A stretch of 64,000 nucleotides of DNA from Tubulanus polymorphus. Its lineage: Eukaryota > Animalia > Nemertea. A program made the position numbers and the translations under genes. Below, piece by piece: positions 25,624-39,300 of the stretch; positions within the stretch are counted from its first letter, which is position 1; each line of letters starts with the position of its first letter. The notes beneath the pieces were generated by a model. It searched no databases and was not told the origin of the DNA. It worked only from the letters and a program-made list of their open reading frames with translations. The DNA lies in the NCBI RefSeq assembly GCF_964204645.1, contig NC_134035.1:4278001-4342000 (forward strand), written 5' to 3'.

Positions 25624-27650
25624 TATATTGAATATGGAGAAGTAGATTATGCTAGATACTAAATTTTTAATTCCTATCAACATTTTTAGCACGATCGAAC
25701 CAGATAAGGTCATATGAAAATAATAAACGCATTAGCGTGACTGCGCTATAGATAAGAAACCTTAAGACAATTAGAACATTCAAGGTTAACTTGATTTTAT
25801 TTACAGTACGAGCCTTCAGCTTCGTCGGGTAGACAGATCAGTGTCTAATCTAAAAAGTGTATTTACAAGTGTAGATAACCCGTGCAAAACGAAACGCTCG
25901 GACTAGCGTGTTACGAAAGAAATCCCACGATAGATGAAAAGTTCTCGAATAGGAAGTGCACCGGGTATATTTCGAGCATCGTTTCGGCTAAAGACGGAAT
26001 ACACCCGGTGCACACTTCTTTCTATTCGAGAACTTTTCATTTTTGGCTGAATGAATCGTGGGGTTTCTACGGTATATATTTTTTTTTGCACGGATATTGT
26101 GTACATATTCTCGATTCATCGGATATCGTCATGTTCGACATATACGACGCGCTATTTCATAATCGTAATTCGACATTTAGAGATAGAATTCCCACACTAA
26201 TGTTCGTCATCGATGGATATTGTTTGGATTGTTCGTGAATAATAAAAGAATCGATTTGTTGCGAGGTGTTGATGTAAATTAGACAATTGCGTGCGAAATT
26301 GTGTTTAGTTTGTCGATGGATGATTACCGGCGACCGGTTGCGACGGGATTATAAATATTGCATATTGTCAGTTAAGTGAAAAAAAAACGACTTGTTATCT
26401 AAATCAACTACAGTACCACGCAAGATCCACAGTTACACGGCCTTGGCGAATCTTTGCTTGAAACCATGATTTTTGGAGTTTGTAACCGTTTTATGATTAT
26501 TACTTAAACTTTATTATCGGTTAATAAACTTTTAACAAATAACATACGTATTGACGTATTCATGAAGATAGGGACACTTTGCCATCCGAAAAATCCGAAT
26601 TGGCTCGCACAATATTATACAGCTATCGAGTTGTCCTAACTTTTCCGTAACTTTTAAAAATCTAGAAATGTTTTGCCCATCGAATTTATGAATTTATCGG
26701 TGGTCGGGAGTTGAAATTACATTCTATGGATGTATCGAGATCTGCGTGTAGCGTGTATGCGGGACAAACTAGTAAAACCTGGTATAAATCTTCAATTTGA
26801 TCGTCGTTGCAAATGGGGCGAATTTCGATGCTCATAAGGTAGTGTTTTTTTTTTTACAAAACGACTACACCGAAAGTACTGAATTATAGTAGATTGATGG
26901 TACACGGGCGGCCTGAACAGAGAGCCACAAAGCCTGTGCGATCACTACAGGACGTTCAGGACCGTTGAAAATTGCTAATAAACCATTTTACGGTTGCTAG
27001 CCGCCATTTTGTTAGGGTACTTTTTTGTCCTGTATTGTCGGGCCATTTTTCTCTTTTTTTGAATACTATTTGCGATGCGTGTTGAAACATATTTCATTGG
27101 TCCATGGGTAGAGATTTTGACAATTTTAGCAACATTCAAACCGCGTGTATCTCTAGTTTTCGATAATGTAAAATTCACATCTCAGATTTGCAACGACACG
27201 CAATGAGAGCGATATAAAACCTGTGGCCAATTCTTGTCGCCGGCGTAAAAATTCTGGATAAAATGGTTTATCGAAAACGTGAACATTATTATGCACGACG
27301 TGATGCACACAGACGAATTCGTCAACGTGGGTTTTATCATTAATGCGTAGAACGCGTTTCGATACCACGAATTCCAACTTCCGCCATTGTCGAGTCGTCA
27401 TTAGCGTGCAAGCAGCGGAATCTCAAAAACGCAACAAACCGGTCGACGATCCGCGTTGTGGATGCTCTCATGTCGGTCCGATACTGCGTCGTGCGTGCTA
27501 TGGGGAGGCTATTTTCGTTTCATCCGATGCGCCACAATCCCGCAGTAATTACGAGTTTTAACTAATGGAAAATACTCGAAAGAAACATCGCGCGCAGACG
27601 ACCTCATCTCGGTGCAGTTGTTCGTACGTGTTTAGTATACGACAGATGAA

Positions 27651-27893
27651 AATACGGATAAAAGGATAAAAACCCACTTTCTATAGATTAAAAGAATTTA
27701 AAATCAATGATTTATTTATTCGAACAATGATTGAATGATGAACAATGATCATTCTGACGATGATCTCTAGGGTGAGATCGAAACGTCGTGTTTATCATAT
27801 ATTTTAGATTGTTCGAATAAATAAGTTCTTGATCTTTTAATCTGTAGATAGTGGGTTTTTATCTTTTTATCCGTTCACCATCTTTATCTTTTT
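27651..27893. mobile_element. Inverted-repeat element enclosing a hammerhead-like core (27754-27787); probable Penelope-like remnant
   Basis: Arms CGGATAAAAGGATAAAAACCCACT...ATTTATTCGAACAAT and ATTGTTCGAATAAAT...AGTGGGTTTTTATCTTTTTATCCG; centre CTGACGA-T-GATCTC-tagggt-GAGATC-GAAACGTC. Confidence 0.6.
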
Positions 27894-28070
27894 ATCCGAG
27901 TGTGGTTATCGTACTACGAAAATACGGATGTTTTTAAATCTTCTTAAAAATCCCTTTTTTCGCTTGATTAAAGGAAATCACCGTCGACGTATCGTCATAG
28001 AACCAAGAAACGGATGCTCTCCAAGAAACGGATGCTCTCCCGACGTAGGGCTCGTTGACGTCGCACGAAT

Positions 28071-31000
28071 ATGGGACGCTATTTACCGGAGAAATACTTT
28101 AACTGGAGACTACTGCTGATGCGGCTGCTGTTGCTGATGCTGTTGCAGATGCTGGTGGTTTTCGTGTGTTTCCTCACACCGGTTAACGCAGGTACGTCGC
28201 GCCGACCTTTCCTCTTACACATTGACACGTGGCAGAACGAACGTTCGACAGTAGGCCTAAGTCGTCCTGACAGTTTTTTTTCCGGGGCTAATTTCGTTCC
28301 GTTTAAACGCACCTCAACGAACCGCGCTGCCGTATTTCAAATAACATTTCATTCTATATCATTTATCGATTTTTAATTTCGAAATTTTTAATTTTTGTTT
28401 AATGTGTAAGATGTAAAACTGCCCATCGCCGGTTAGGCTGCCGCTGCTGCTGCTGCTGTTGCTGTTAAATCCCTACTTGCCATTTATAACACAAGTAATG
28501 ATATCGTGCACTAACATTGGAAACAGATTTTGTCAATGCAAATTATTTTTGTGGACAATAAAATATCTACCTATCGAAATCGAGCGCTTTTAAGATTCAA
28601 GATGGTAAAAATGGGCCATCGTTTTGTATTCTATGCTTTATCTGATTGATAGTTTATTTCAACGGTCATAACACATCTGAACGCCTGAACTATAGAGTTA
28701 ACTATGAACTCAGAACCCAGTTCTACAGTGTGTGAGTTCGAGTTCACCCTGAGTTTGAATCAGGTCATTATCGATGAGTTGACTCGTTAGTCAAATCTTA
28801 ACTCACAACTGTAGAACTGGACCCAGCCCCACAATTGTGAGTTAGTGCTTTTTATAAAAGAAAGAAGCCTCTATCCCGAGTACCGGAACCGTATTTTTAT
28901 TAAACCTATTTGGATACCTTTGATCGGTGAGATGTCACCAACGGTAAAAATTGAAATGCGGCACCGGTCAATTTCAAGTTCAGGGAGGTCCACGTATGGC
29001 GCCAATCTGTTTCATGCCACATGCGTAACTAAACCTAAATTCCGAATGTACTATTTACTAATAGATAATGTTTGTATATTTTTTGGCACAGTAATACCTG
29101 CGTGCGTCGGCGCACAGAAATACCCGAGGTTGCAGATCTTTCCCGACGCCGAACTTTCCGGTTACGACGACATCATGTTCGAGGGCGTTGCGACGTTCGG
29201 CGGCTGTATCGACAAGTGCGAGCAGACGATTTCGGTGAACTGCGTGTCGATCGACTTCGGCGCCATCTCGTGTAGCATTTCGTCCGAATCGAAACTAACT
29301 CATCCGAACGCCTTGACGCCGACTATCGGATACACGCACGCCATCTATACTTGCGAAGACGGTAAATAGCATTTAATGCGAATAGAGAAAAATATTCGAC
29401 TATGTTGACATGTTGTTCATAGTTATGTAGAAGTGATATTGTTTAAATCGCGAATGTCGATAACAGTAGAAGTAGTCTTTATAACCTATAACCACACATG
29501 ACGATAGTCCAATCAAACACCGTAAATCCGTGTCAACATGAAAAAATTCCCACAATAGAATCTTATGCGATTAAGATTTGTGAAAACGAAAAACGACAAA
29601 TCGCTCATCATCAGATGGAATGACGGCTGATTGAGGTCGTTGGTCGATAGCCGATAAGCTTCAGTTTTGTTTCAACTGATCTTTTGGATTTCATCGCATA
29701 AAGACTTTACTGTCGGACTTTTTCATTCGTCTTACTTATAACGACGTTTCTATCGTCGCCAGGTGTGTTTCACGATGCAGTAATTCGCTGTATTCGTGTA
29801 TGTGACCCATTCTCAGAATACAGACCTAATATTTCAGTATTGTATCGTATTTTTTACTCATCATAGTAAGTACAAACTGGTCTGATGGGAAATATAATTC
29901 TACAAATATCTACCATATGGCACTCTACTGGATATGGCGCAATGAGAGTATGGATGAAGGATATGTTATGAATTATCCAAAGAACGTTCATTTTCTGATA
30001 GTTACGGTTCGATGGCCCGGAGAAGGAACTTCGTTTGAATACTTCAATAAGAAGGCATCCTGTACCCGGTTCCACAGTTGTGAGTTAGAGTTAAGTCTGA
30101 GTTAAAATTAGTTCATTTCAATTAGTTAACTCAGGGTCAAATTTTAACTCCGAACTGTGGAACTGGACCCTAATTTGTAATATTGGTTCCATGAGTTATT
30201 AGCTAGTAGTGACTAATGAATTTGCAAACGGATGGATTGCCAGTTAGTAGTAATCACACAAAAGTTCCTTTTCAGGGTCTCAGCGTGCATTCCATTAATT
30301 AACACATGACATTGGTCTTCGACTCCCAGTAAATCTAACATTAAAAATGATAATGTATTTCATCGTTAACATGTGTTACAGTATGTCCTAATGGAGAGAG
30401 CGGCGTGTGGACGGCCTCGAGCGCAATAATGACCGGTAATGACCAGGCATCTACGCAGACGGTGGACTTGCAGGAGTGTCTGCTCGTCTGCAAGAACCAG
30501 TCGAAATTCTTGTGTCGCTTCGTCGAGTTCGAGTCGTCGACTGGGAACTGTCGAATGAGCCGCGACACGTTGACCACGAGACCCGACCTGGCGGTCGTTT
30601 CGCTAGGATGGACCGGGCACACGTTCAGCTGTAACCGTAAGATTCGAATATGAAAATCATCTTTCGTCTGGTTTTAACGACTGAAAATTCCCTAATTGAC
30701 TATTAGCAAAACTGACGCAGTCGAACCAAAAGCTGACAAAAAACGCCCAGCCTGGTTTGAATAGGGCTGTTTCTTTGGCTGAAAGAAGCCCGGCAATTGC
30801 ATCTGCAGGGGCTTATTTTGCGAAATAATCCAAGGGAGTCCCAGACTCGCCAATCGCCACTCGTGGATATTGCTTCTCTGCAATAATCACTGCTTTTTTC
30901 ATCAGGTGGTACCTCTCAAATTATTACCTGGTTCCGCCCCTGGGAACCGTTAGTGAGTTATTCGTTTTAGCTTTTAAAGAACAGCTCGTAAATCGTTTAG

Positions 31001-31305
31001 TTTTTGAACGTCTTTTGAGACTTGGTCAATACTTTTTACAGGCACGTGCCCGCCGAATGTTCAGCGTTGGGTGTCATTGTCATCAGGTCTCGGCGCTGAT
31101 ATCAACAACAACAGCAAAATAGTGCTGACGCCAAGCGCCGACGTTTGCAAAGAATACTGCGAGCGAGAATCTCAATTCGAATGCAATTTCGTCGAATTCT
31201 CATCGTCTCTGGGCCGATGTCGCCTGAATAGCGAAACTCCAATTACCAGACCCGCATCCACGACGACCGAGGTCGGGTATGAATACTTCATATTTTGCCA
31301 TCTAG
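28071..31305 (+). CDS. Secreted protein with three PAN/apple domains; exons 28071-28191, 29092-29361, 30382-30636, 31042-31305; 3' end not resolved
   Basis: Signal-peptide exon (LLLMRLLLLMLLQMLVVFVCFLTPVNA) followed by three symmetric phase-1 exons. Each has PAN Cys spacing CxxxC...Cx(S/F)(I/V)(D/E)F...CxL, e.g. ECLLVCKNQSKFLCRFVEFESSTGNCRMS and VCKEYCERESQFECNFVEFSSSLGRCRLN. Confidence 0.85.
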
Positions 31306-33765
31306 GTAAGATATACATTATGATACAGTTAACTCTTGTCAAAATGAGCCCTACGCCCCAACCCCCCCCCCCCCGTTCCACGAAATCAAGTTCTAAACTG
31401 TAACGGTGATGGTGGTATTTTTGCAAGGTTTTACTCAGCTTAAAGCGCTGAGCAACAAATGCAGAAACAATTCACGTAAAGTTATTACAGATAAATTAAT
31501 ATCAGGCCCGTTCCACTGAACTAACATATCCCCCTCACCCCACGCTCATTGACGAAGTTCCACCCAGATGCCGGCCTTAAGAAAATTTGAGCATCGATTT
31601 CATGAGATTCGCTAATTGATAAGAGTTTCTCATTCGTTTTGTTTCAAAATACGCCCATGCTTCCAGACTGGCTCGATCTATGGCCAAATCGTCGGGTAAA
31701 GAAGCAAAACTTTCACCCAAATATGTTAGAAGTTGTGACAATGTTCTGCGCGACTATACTCGCCGGACCAAGGACATTTGCGTGGGTACCTCCACTGTCA
31801 TGAAAATCGAAACCCCTCCCCCTAACCCAAGACATGGCTGACTATAGGCCTGTATAAAAAAACAATCTAATAAACACCCTGGCTCGGTGCTATGATAGGA
31901 GAGAATGAAATACCACACCAACAGAAATAAATGATTGAGTTCATTTCCCTGATCCTCGTGGTTTCACAAAAAAAGTCAAAGGTTGTAATGCGTTAAGATT
32001 TCAAGGGCAATTGGAATGGGTTCATGATGAAAGCGTAAATAATCACGTAATCGTCTTAATATACACTGATCTATTTCTCGGTTTTTTCTGTCGGGTTTCG
32101 GTGGTAAATCGAGGTGCACTGTTTTAAACAAGGTGAGTGCCGCTCTTTTAAACTTATCACTCGTAACGAAATGGGGTACCCGCGTCGTTACTGTGGCAAT
32201 CGTGGATTCCGCGTGTGGCAGGCGAGGATCCGCCAGGTTCGCTAGTTGATAGTTTGTCTTCCGCTTTCGATTTCTTCTACATTCCAATTAAATCTGAATG
32301 AACTTTTCTCTTAAATGAATCAATTGTCAATGAAAACTATTCCGATATCTGAGTAAAAGAATGAAAGTATTGTATATTTGGTGGGTGCTGCGGTGATAGT
32401 ACATGGATTCGGGAGTCAAAAAATTCAGTTCAAAGTTCATGAAAAACGAAACTAATTTTGACAACGGAAGACCTATTGATCGTCACGCCATCTGGTGTGG
32501 TAACTGGTGTTGCGGGACCCCATTACATTCACGAGGCTGCCGTGGCTGGGTAGCGATGCCATCAGGTTCGAATGTGAATTACATTATGCAGGTCTTATCG
32601 TGTATACCCGTCCACATTATTGTGACAAGCGAGACGCCAGGAGTTCAGCTTCACAAAAAGGATAAATTCCTAAATCGAGTTCAGATAGACTGAGTTGATG
32701 AAATTCAAAGAGTTATAATTTTTACAGTTGAGAGTTAAATCTTTTAGAATTAAAACATTCAACTCAAATGCTTGGTTTAGCAGATGTAAGTTACCTCAAA
32801 TTGTCCAAATAGTTAATAATTCAAACCGTACGGTTCTAAGCCTAAACTCTAACACGAAAATGGACCCAAAAAGATTTTTTGCCGATGTCTCGAAGTCGTG
32901 AAGAAATCGGAAAAGTGTTTTTGTGACATTTTACGACATTCTTTATTATTACATATTATTATAATATGTTGATTGTTCGGCGATAAGCAAGAGAAACCGA
33001 CAAACATATAACATCGTAACATCGTCAAACTGATAAATCGGGTAAGTTAAATTATCTTTGGACATGTACCGATGGTGATTTGTAAACTTACTGCATTTCG
33101 ATGGTTTCTGCAGATTTTAGTTTTCACGCTCTTCCAAAACAAGAGATAAACAGCATGCATTCTGCCGAAATCTGATTGAAATCTGATTCAGTTTCATTCG
33201 AGTTTTATCTGAGATATTTTCACCGATTCACAACAGATTGTTTACAATATACGAATTTATAATGATGATGATGATGATGATAACAATAATAGTAATGATA
33301 ATACTAATAATAACAGTATTAAGTTACATAAGGCGCAGGTATCCTATTAAAACAGTTCAGATGTGCTCTTCTCAATTGTTGTCTGAAAAGAAGTGTCCTT
33401 CGAAGATGAGGCTCGAACTATCCCAGAGAAAATTAATTAAAATCTTGAAATCTATACGAGGTTCATAAGCGTGAGGTGCACAGAAGTTCAACAACAAGGT
33501 AATTCGTCGTTCGTTCGATCAAAGATTTAGAGATTAAAAGCAGAACTTATAAGTCAATCCGCATTTTTGAATTATTAGTATGTAATATCCATAATGTGAT
33601 AATGTTACAACCATATGATCGATAGTCACTGATAATATCATAAACACAACGACGCCTGAACGCTCGATAATTCAACTTTTAAAAAGACATTCTTCATCCA
33701 TTCATCATAAACGGCTGTTCATGAAATGCGTATCGTATTTAACCGCAGATAATCAGATGGTCTCA

Positions 33766-34836
33766 TTATGCCGAATTACACACGAATTTCAGGGGCGGCA
33801 ACTTTTTCACATCTCTACGGATGCCTGAACTGGTGGCGAACAGACAAATGATGTTCCCGGCGCTGTTGACGAATGTCAACTGATACAGCATTCCCATTAT
33901 AAGATATTGACGTTTTCGTTCTTCAACCGACTCGATGGCTAGCCAGTCCGGCTTCAGCAGACCGTACAGCGTGGTGGGTAAGCTCGTCGCCATGAACAGT
34001 GTGGTCATTAGGAAAAGACTGATCGTTTTGCTGTTCTGGGATTGTTGATTCGCCCTCGCCGGCTGATTCGTGGCCGCTTCTGCGTTAGTTTGTGGCCGCA
34101 CGGAACTTCTAAATTTCACCAGGCAATTCGCAATGATTGTACCGTTGACTACGAAAATACACGACGGTATGATGGAATAGATGAGCGTGTCCGCCAGCAG
34201 AAATGCTTGAAAGTGCGGCTTGAAAAACTGGAGCGGTTGGCAAATCCCGTCGGTGAGATCCATGCCGTAGATCAACGGCGAGTACGTCAAGGCGATAGTC
34301 GTGATCTGAATTAGGTTGACGGCCAACCAGACTTTCCTTCGATACCTGTAGCCGGTCGTGCTGACCAGATGCGTCACGATGAACAACCGTTCGAACGATA
34401 CGTTCACTAAAAGCCACGTCGACGTGACGGATAAAACAACGCGGATGAAGAAAATGCTTTTGCATGTGAACCTGTTCAAACTGATTATTCGCACGTTCAA
34501 AACCAGGCCTATACAGTACGGATAAAATGAGAACCAAATCGCCAGCAAATCGCAAACGCTGATGCCCATCGTTAGGATATTAGTGATCGACGTCAGGTAG
34601 GCGTTCTTCCTCAAAACGGCGATGCCGACAACGTTGACGAACGTCGAAAACGGTAGAAAGGCGCCCATTGTTACGTAGGCCATGAAAATTTCGGCCTGAT
34701 GATGATCGGCCGAGCTGTTCGTCAGTGGGCGGAAAGTGCCATTAACAGTCGGTGTCAGTTGTGTGGCGTCATCGGCGAATTTCGTAGCGATGGTATCACT
34801 CGGGGAGAGCGCATCTGCGGGTGTCGTCACCTCCAT
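33766..34836 (-). CDS. Intronless rhodopsin-class GPCR, peptide-receptor-like orphan
   Basis: 356 aa with seven hydrophobic helices. TM1 N, TM2 ISVCD, TM3 STWLLVNVSFERL, TM5 IIP, TM6 SLP, TM7 NSAGN, and an N-glycosylated N-terminus (NGT, NSS). Confidence 0.9.
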   Translation of the reverse strand: MEVTTPADALSPSDTIATKFADDATQLTPTVNGTFRPLTNSSADHHQAEIFMAYVTMGAFLPFSTFVNVVGIAVLRKNAYLTSITNILTMGISVCDLLAIWFSFYPYCIGLVLNVRIISLNRFTCKSIFFIRVVLSVTSTWLLVNVSFERLFIVTHLVSTTGYRYRRKVWLAVNLIQITTIALTYSPLIYGMDLTDGICQPLQFFKPHFQAFLLADTLIYSIIPSCIFVVNGTIIANCLVKFRSSVRPQTNAEAATNQPARANQQSQNSKTISLFLMTTLFMATSLPTTLYGLLKPDWLAIESVEERKRQYLIMGMLYQLTFVNSAGNIICLFATSSGIRRDVKKLPPLKFVCNSA

Positions 34837-36324
34837 CGCCGCTCGAGCTGAATGAAATCAACAGTCTCGACCGTCAGCCGCGCATCCAATTGAGACGTGA
34901 CGAAACAGAAAACGTCAATCGTTTTACCATCTACGACATAAGACAGCTTTCAAGAAGCGCAACTATACTGAGTAGAGACAGGTAGAAGATTTCGCACCAG
35001 GACCACCGAATAAAACTAAGAATTGAAAATACCGATTGACCCGGTTTTATAAAGAACTTTCAGCAAATCTTTTATCAGATATCAGAGGCGAAAATACCGA
35101 ATATATATTTCAATAGCTTTTTATAAATCGATGGAATGAATGAATGCCTTAAATGAAAAGTCCTGTACCGAAAGAACTATTTTCATATGGTTTTAGTTCG
35201 ATAGCTCGGATCATTATACCGTTAAATAATTTAAATTAACGAATCTATCTATCTATTTATTCAATGCGAAGCCATGTGTAACAACAGTGGAAATAAGTAT
35301 CTATATACGCGTGTACATCAATTTCATTTTTTTACAGAGAACACGTCAAACTCTGTGTGCTTAGTTATTATCTAAAAAAAAACTAGCAATCGTAAATTGT
35401 CTGCCATTTATCAGTAAGTTTACCATTTTATGTGACTAAATCAACCGTTATCGATATGTAAATTGTTGATAACATTTCTGAATGAAGATTATGAAGATGC
35501 GTGATATTTTCTGCTCATATACTTTGATTATACAATATCTTTCAGCACAACAAGGTATGATCTCTTCTCTTACTCTCTGGGCCATCTTTTCTATCTATAT
35601 TTTTCACTCTCCTTCTCTGGGCGGATTCAGTGGGACTCAAGGGTGGATATATGATTTTTGAAGGGGAGAGACCTGCAAATTAGAACGGGCGCTTATTTTG
35701 AAAATGGCGAGTTTGGTGATGGCTATAGGCCTAAGCGAAACATTGGCGGGGGATTCGGCGGGCCACCCACATAAAGTCTAGGACGCACATGGGACTTTCT
35801 GGCCCTTATCAGGGCTGATATGGATTTACTTTCCTTTTAGAATTGTCTTTACAAAAAATATTCTAGACTTTTTGGAGGGCACGGGTTGGACCGGTCCAAT
35901 CCCCAAAATACACCCTTGAGACTTGTGAGACTTGTGGAAGTCCATCAAATTTTGTTGAGCGGCCTTTTTCATTTTGTCAACAAAGATAATTGAAGCATTT
36001 TTTCAGTGCAGGCGTGCGCATGATATTGCCTTCGTGAACATCAAAGTGCCCGTTTAGGATGTGACAAGTTCTCCAGAATCGGCCTCTAGATCTGGCCTTG
36101 TGGTCTTTCTATATCCCCCTCTCCCACCTGTTCCCTCCCTTCCCTACCATCCCCCTCCCTCCCTATTTCTGCCTCTCCCTCCATCACCCTCTCCTCCCAT
36201 CACCCTCTCCTCCCATTCTTTTTATGTTATAAACTATGGCGATGTTTTGTGTTGGCCTAAATATCTTCCCAATAACAATATGTTTAACGTGTAATAGCAT
36301 GGAGAGAGTGTAATTGATTTCAGC

Positions 36325-39300
36325 ATGGCTGTCGTCGTCCCAGTTATAGTAGCATTGGTTTTATCGATCGATACCGCTTCGGCGACGACTGAACCGAACC
36401 TTGGCGACGAGTGCGGGTGCTATCCGCCGAAAATGTCAGCCACGTTTGACGCCACGTTCACGACCGGCTCCGGACGAGGGACCGGCCCATCGGACGCGGG
36501 TGATTTCAAACCGTTTCGTATCGCGGGCAGGTATGGTTTTAATCTAATTTTTTAGCAAATATTTTTGCAGCTCAATATGCGATGATTAATAGAGATTCTG
36601 CGGTCGATGAAGATGAAGATCTTATTAGAAATTGCAAAAGAATCGTTGCATACGAAGAGTATAAAGATTGAGGAGATGTCAATTTGTATTCGTAGGCCCT
36701 AAACACTTTTCTGGCCCATGTTACCCAACGACAACAACCACGATTCTTTACGGGGGGTCACCGATACTTTATACATGTACTATATACTGGGAGCATAGGA
36801 ATACAAAATCCTTTAATTACTGTAGTTTCATAGTATATTTGGCCAAAACGCTACCGTTTGAACCAGTTATTAATTCATCTACATCTATTCGCCAATATTT
36901 TGTATTGTCCTTATTTTTTTATCTTAAAATAGGGATTGTCCCCGTTATCTATTTGGCTGGTAAATTTCGTTTGATTTTTCGATTGAGTGTCCCCTACAGA
37001 CCCACCACACCTGCCGGGAGCGAAACAGGGGGTTTGATTTTGAAATTGGAAGTCGAAGTACAGATATAGTTGTGTGATCGGCGGTCGAGTTTACATAATT
37101 TGTTCTGTTAAAATCGAAGTACATAATTGGAAATTCGGTTCCGGTTCATTCAAACAATCTTCCATTCAGTCTGAACCGGCAAGCGACTGATTGGGGTGAA
37201 TTTTCTTGGCTGCCTAATTTAATACATCGAGATTTTGGAAATAGCTATATTACAAGGTTGATAACAGGGTAACGGCAGACTTGAAAAACGTACGAGGCCG
37301 TGTGACCATACGTGAAGTAGAAGTTGATACTGGCGCAGATTTGCGATTCGTCGGGGATATCGTGATCGACTTCACGAAGAAGGTAAGACGTGGGTTCGGG
37401 GCCTGAACTATCTGGGAACTTTCTGAACCTTTCGTGGAAATCATCTTCATCCATTTTGGTGCGCTGCCTGAAATATCTTCTTTTGTGTATCTATTGCGAA
37501 TATTATTCCGTGTCTAATTCGATATTCTATAATCTGCTTGTTTTCAGGATTTCCAAGTAATGCCTGGCACCGAGCAGCAATGCTTAAAGGGCATCTTGTC
37601 CGATCGTTTCGTAGCCAGCGAGGGACGCCGCGCCAGTCATATGTTTTCGTCACGTTGTTGGCCAAGTGAGTAGATTAGTGACTCAGATAGAAAATAATTC
37701 TTTCGTTTCGCTATTAGCTATTCAAAACACAGTTGGTGTGCGTATCAGTGCGAAAATCCGGTCAAAATCTAGTTCATTTTCAATGAACTTTCATCTAGAA
37801 TTTGAGAAATTATGGATAGATTTCAAATTGAATCTGAGAAGATAATCCGGGAGTTGTTGTCTGAAAGCAAGCGCACTAGCGAACCTGGTGGATCCTCGCT
37901 TGCCACAAGTGGAATCCTCGATTGCCACAGTCGAACGTAGAGTCCTCATTAAGTAAATGCAAATTCTTAACATCTTAACAGACTTAACATCGATTATTTC
38001 TGCCGTAGGAAGAGCGTTCAAGAAAAGCTACAACGCCGACCGGACACTGGTCACCTTTACCGAACAGCTCATGTCGGTGACGAATAGTCTAACGTATGGC
38101 GTTACTACGTGCGCGATCGAAGGCGGTATCTATAACATGATGATGCCAAGGGGATTCGGAAGTAAGTTCACCCCGGGCGGAAGCGTCGCCGTGTCGTATA
38201 CACTCCCAGCAGCGGTCTAGATTAGAGTAGCGACTAACATCCATAGAAAGACGATCCAAAAAATTTCGACCCACGCCTTCCGCGATTGCTGGATAACTGT
38301 CCAGTTTTGAATAAAATTGGACTATATACTAGGTACTATACGGATTAATATGTCTGGAGATTTTTCTCACGTTGAAGCTTTCTCTACGGCTTCGTTTTTT
38401 TTTGACGCCTTATAAAACGTTACCATTATGAAACCTAAACAATGCTAACCATTCAGCGTCATTTTACAAACGACAGCCGTAAATCGATGTGCAAAACGTC
38501 ACAGGTTTATGTGTACACAAACAAGCTATCTGGCAAAATATTATTGACATAGATGTAGAATGGCTTCCTGTGATTATATAATGACCTATATTTGAACGTC
38601 GAAATGTTATATTGCATTCAATATCATTAGAAGACGTATTGTAATAGTAAAGGATGTATGATTATATCAGAAGCGGCAGGCATAAATAGAAATGATAAGT
38701 AAATCGGATTATTTGGTTAAATGGCGGATGTATACACGATGCGGAAGTCTGATATAAAAGTCAGACCCTGACGTGGGCATGCCGGTGGAATGACGAAGCT
38801 ATCTACGATGTGTGTAGGGCCGGCGTAAATTTCATCAGCGGCTACAAGCGGTTAATATGAAAATGTGTAAACATATAATTTCAATATTCAATCGTTTGTG
38901 AAAATATGTTTGATATTAGGAGTATGCAAGTTTCGTGAGATTAGCAATTTATAATAGCATAGCTGTCATATACGGCTCCGTGTCCTCTGATGGCATGTGT
39001 ATTAGGTGACAATTCAATTCAATTCTTTATTGATCCTTATTACATTGAAATTCCGGGATAAAATTCCCAAATTCAATAAATACAAATTTTAAAATAAATT
39101 AATACAACATACATGACACACGGGTAATTCATACAGAACAACATAAGCATGTTATTTTAAATGACAATGTCTACTTCAACCCACCCAGACTCAAGACTCT
39201 AGGAAATCGAGTGACAGCCAAACGCGTGGCCCGGGCCCGGGGACCGGGCCGGCTGGCTAGGCCACACGATATGCTCGAAGTCATAATGAAGCAGACATCA

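Noticed and set aside
33238-33468. Hydrophobic ORF MMMMMMITIIVMIILII
   Set aside because: Translation of an ATG/ATA low-complexity microsatellite.
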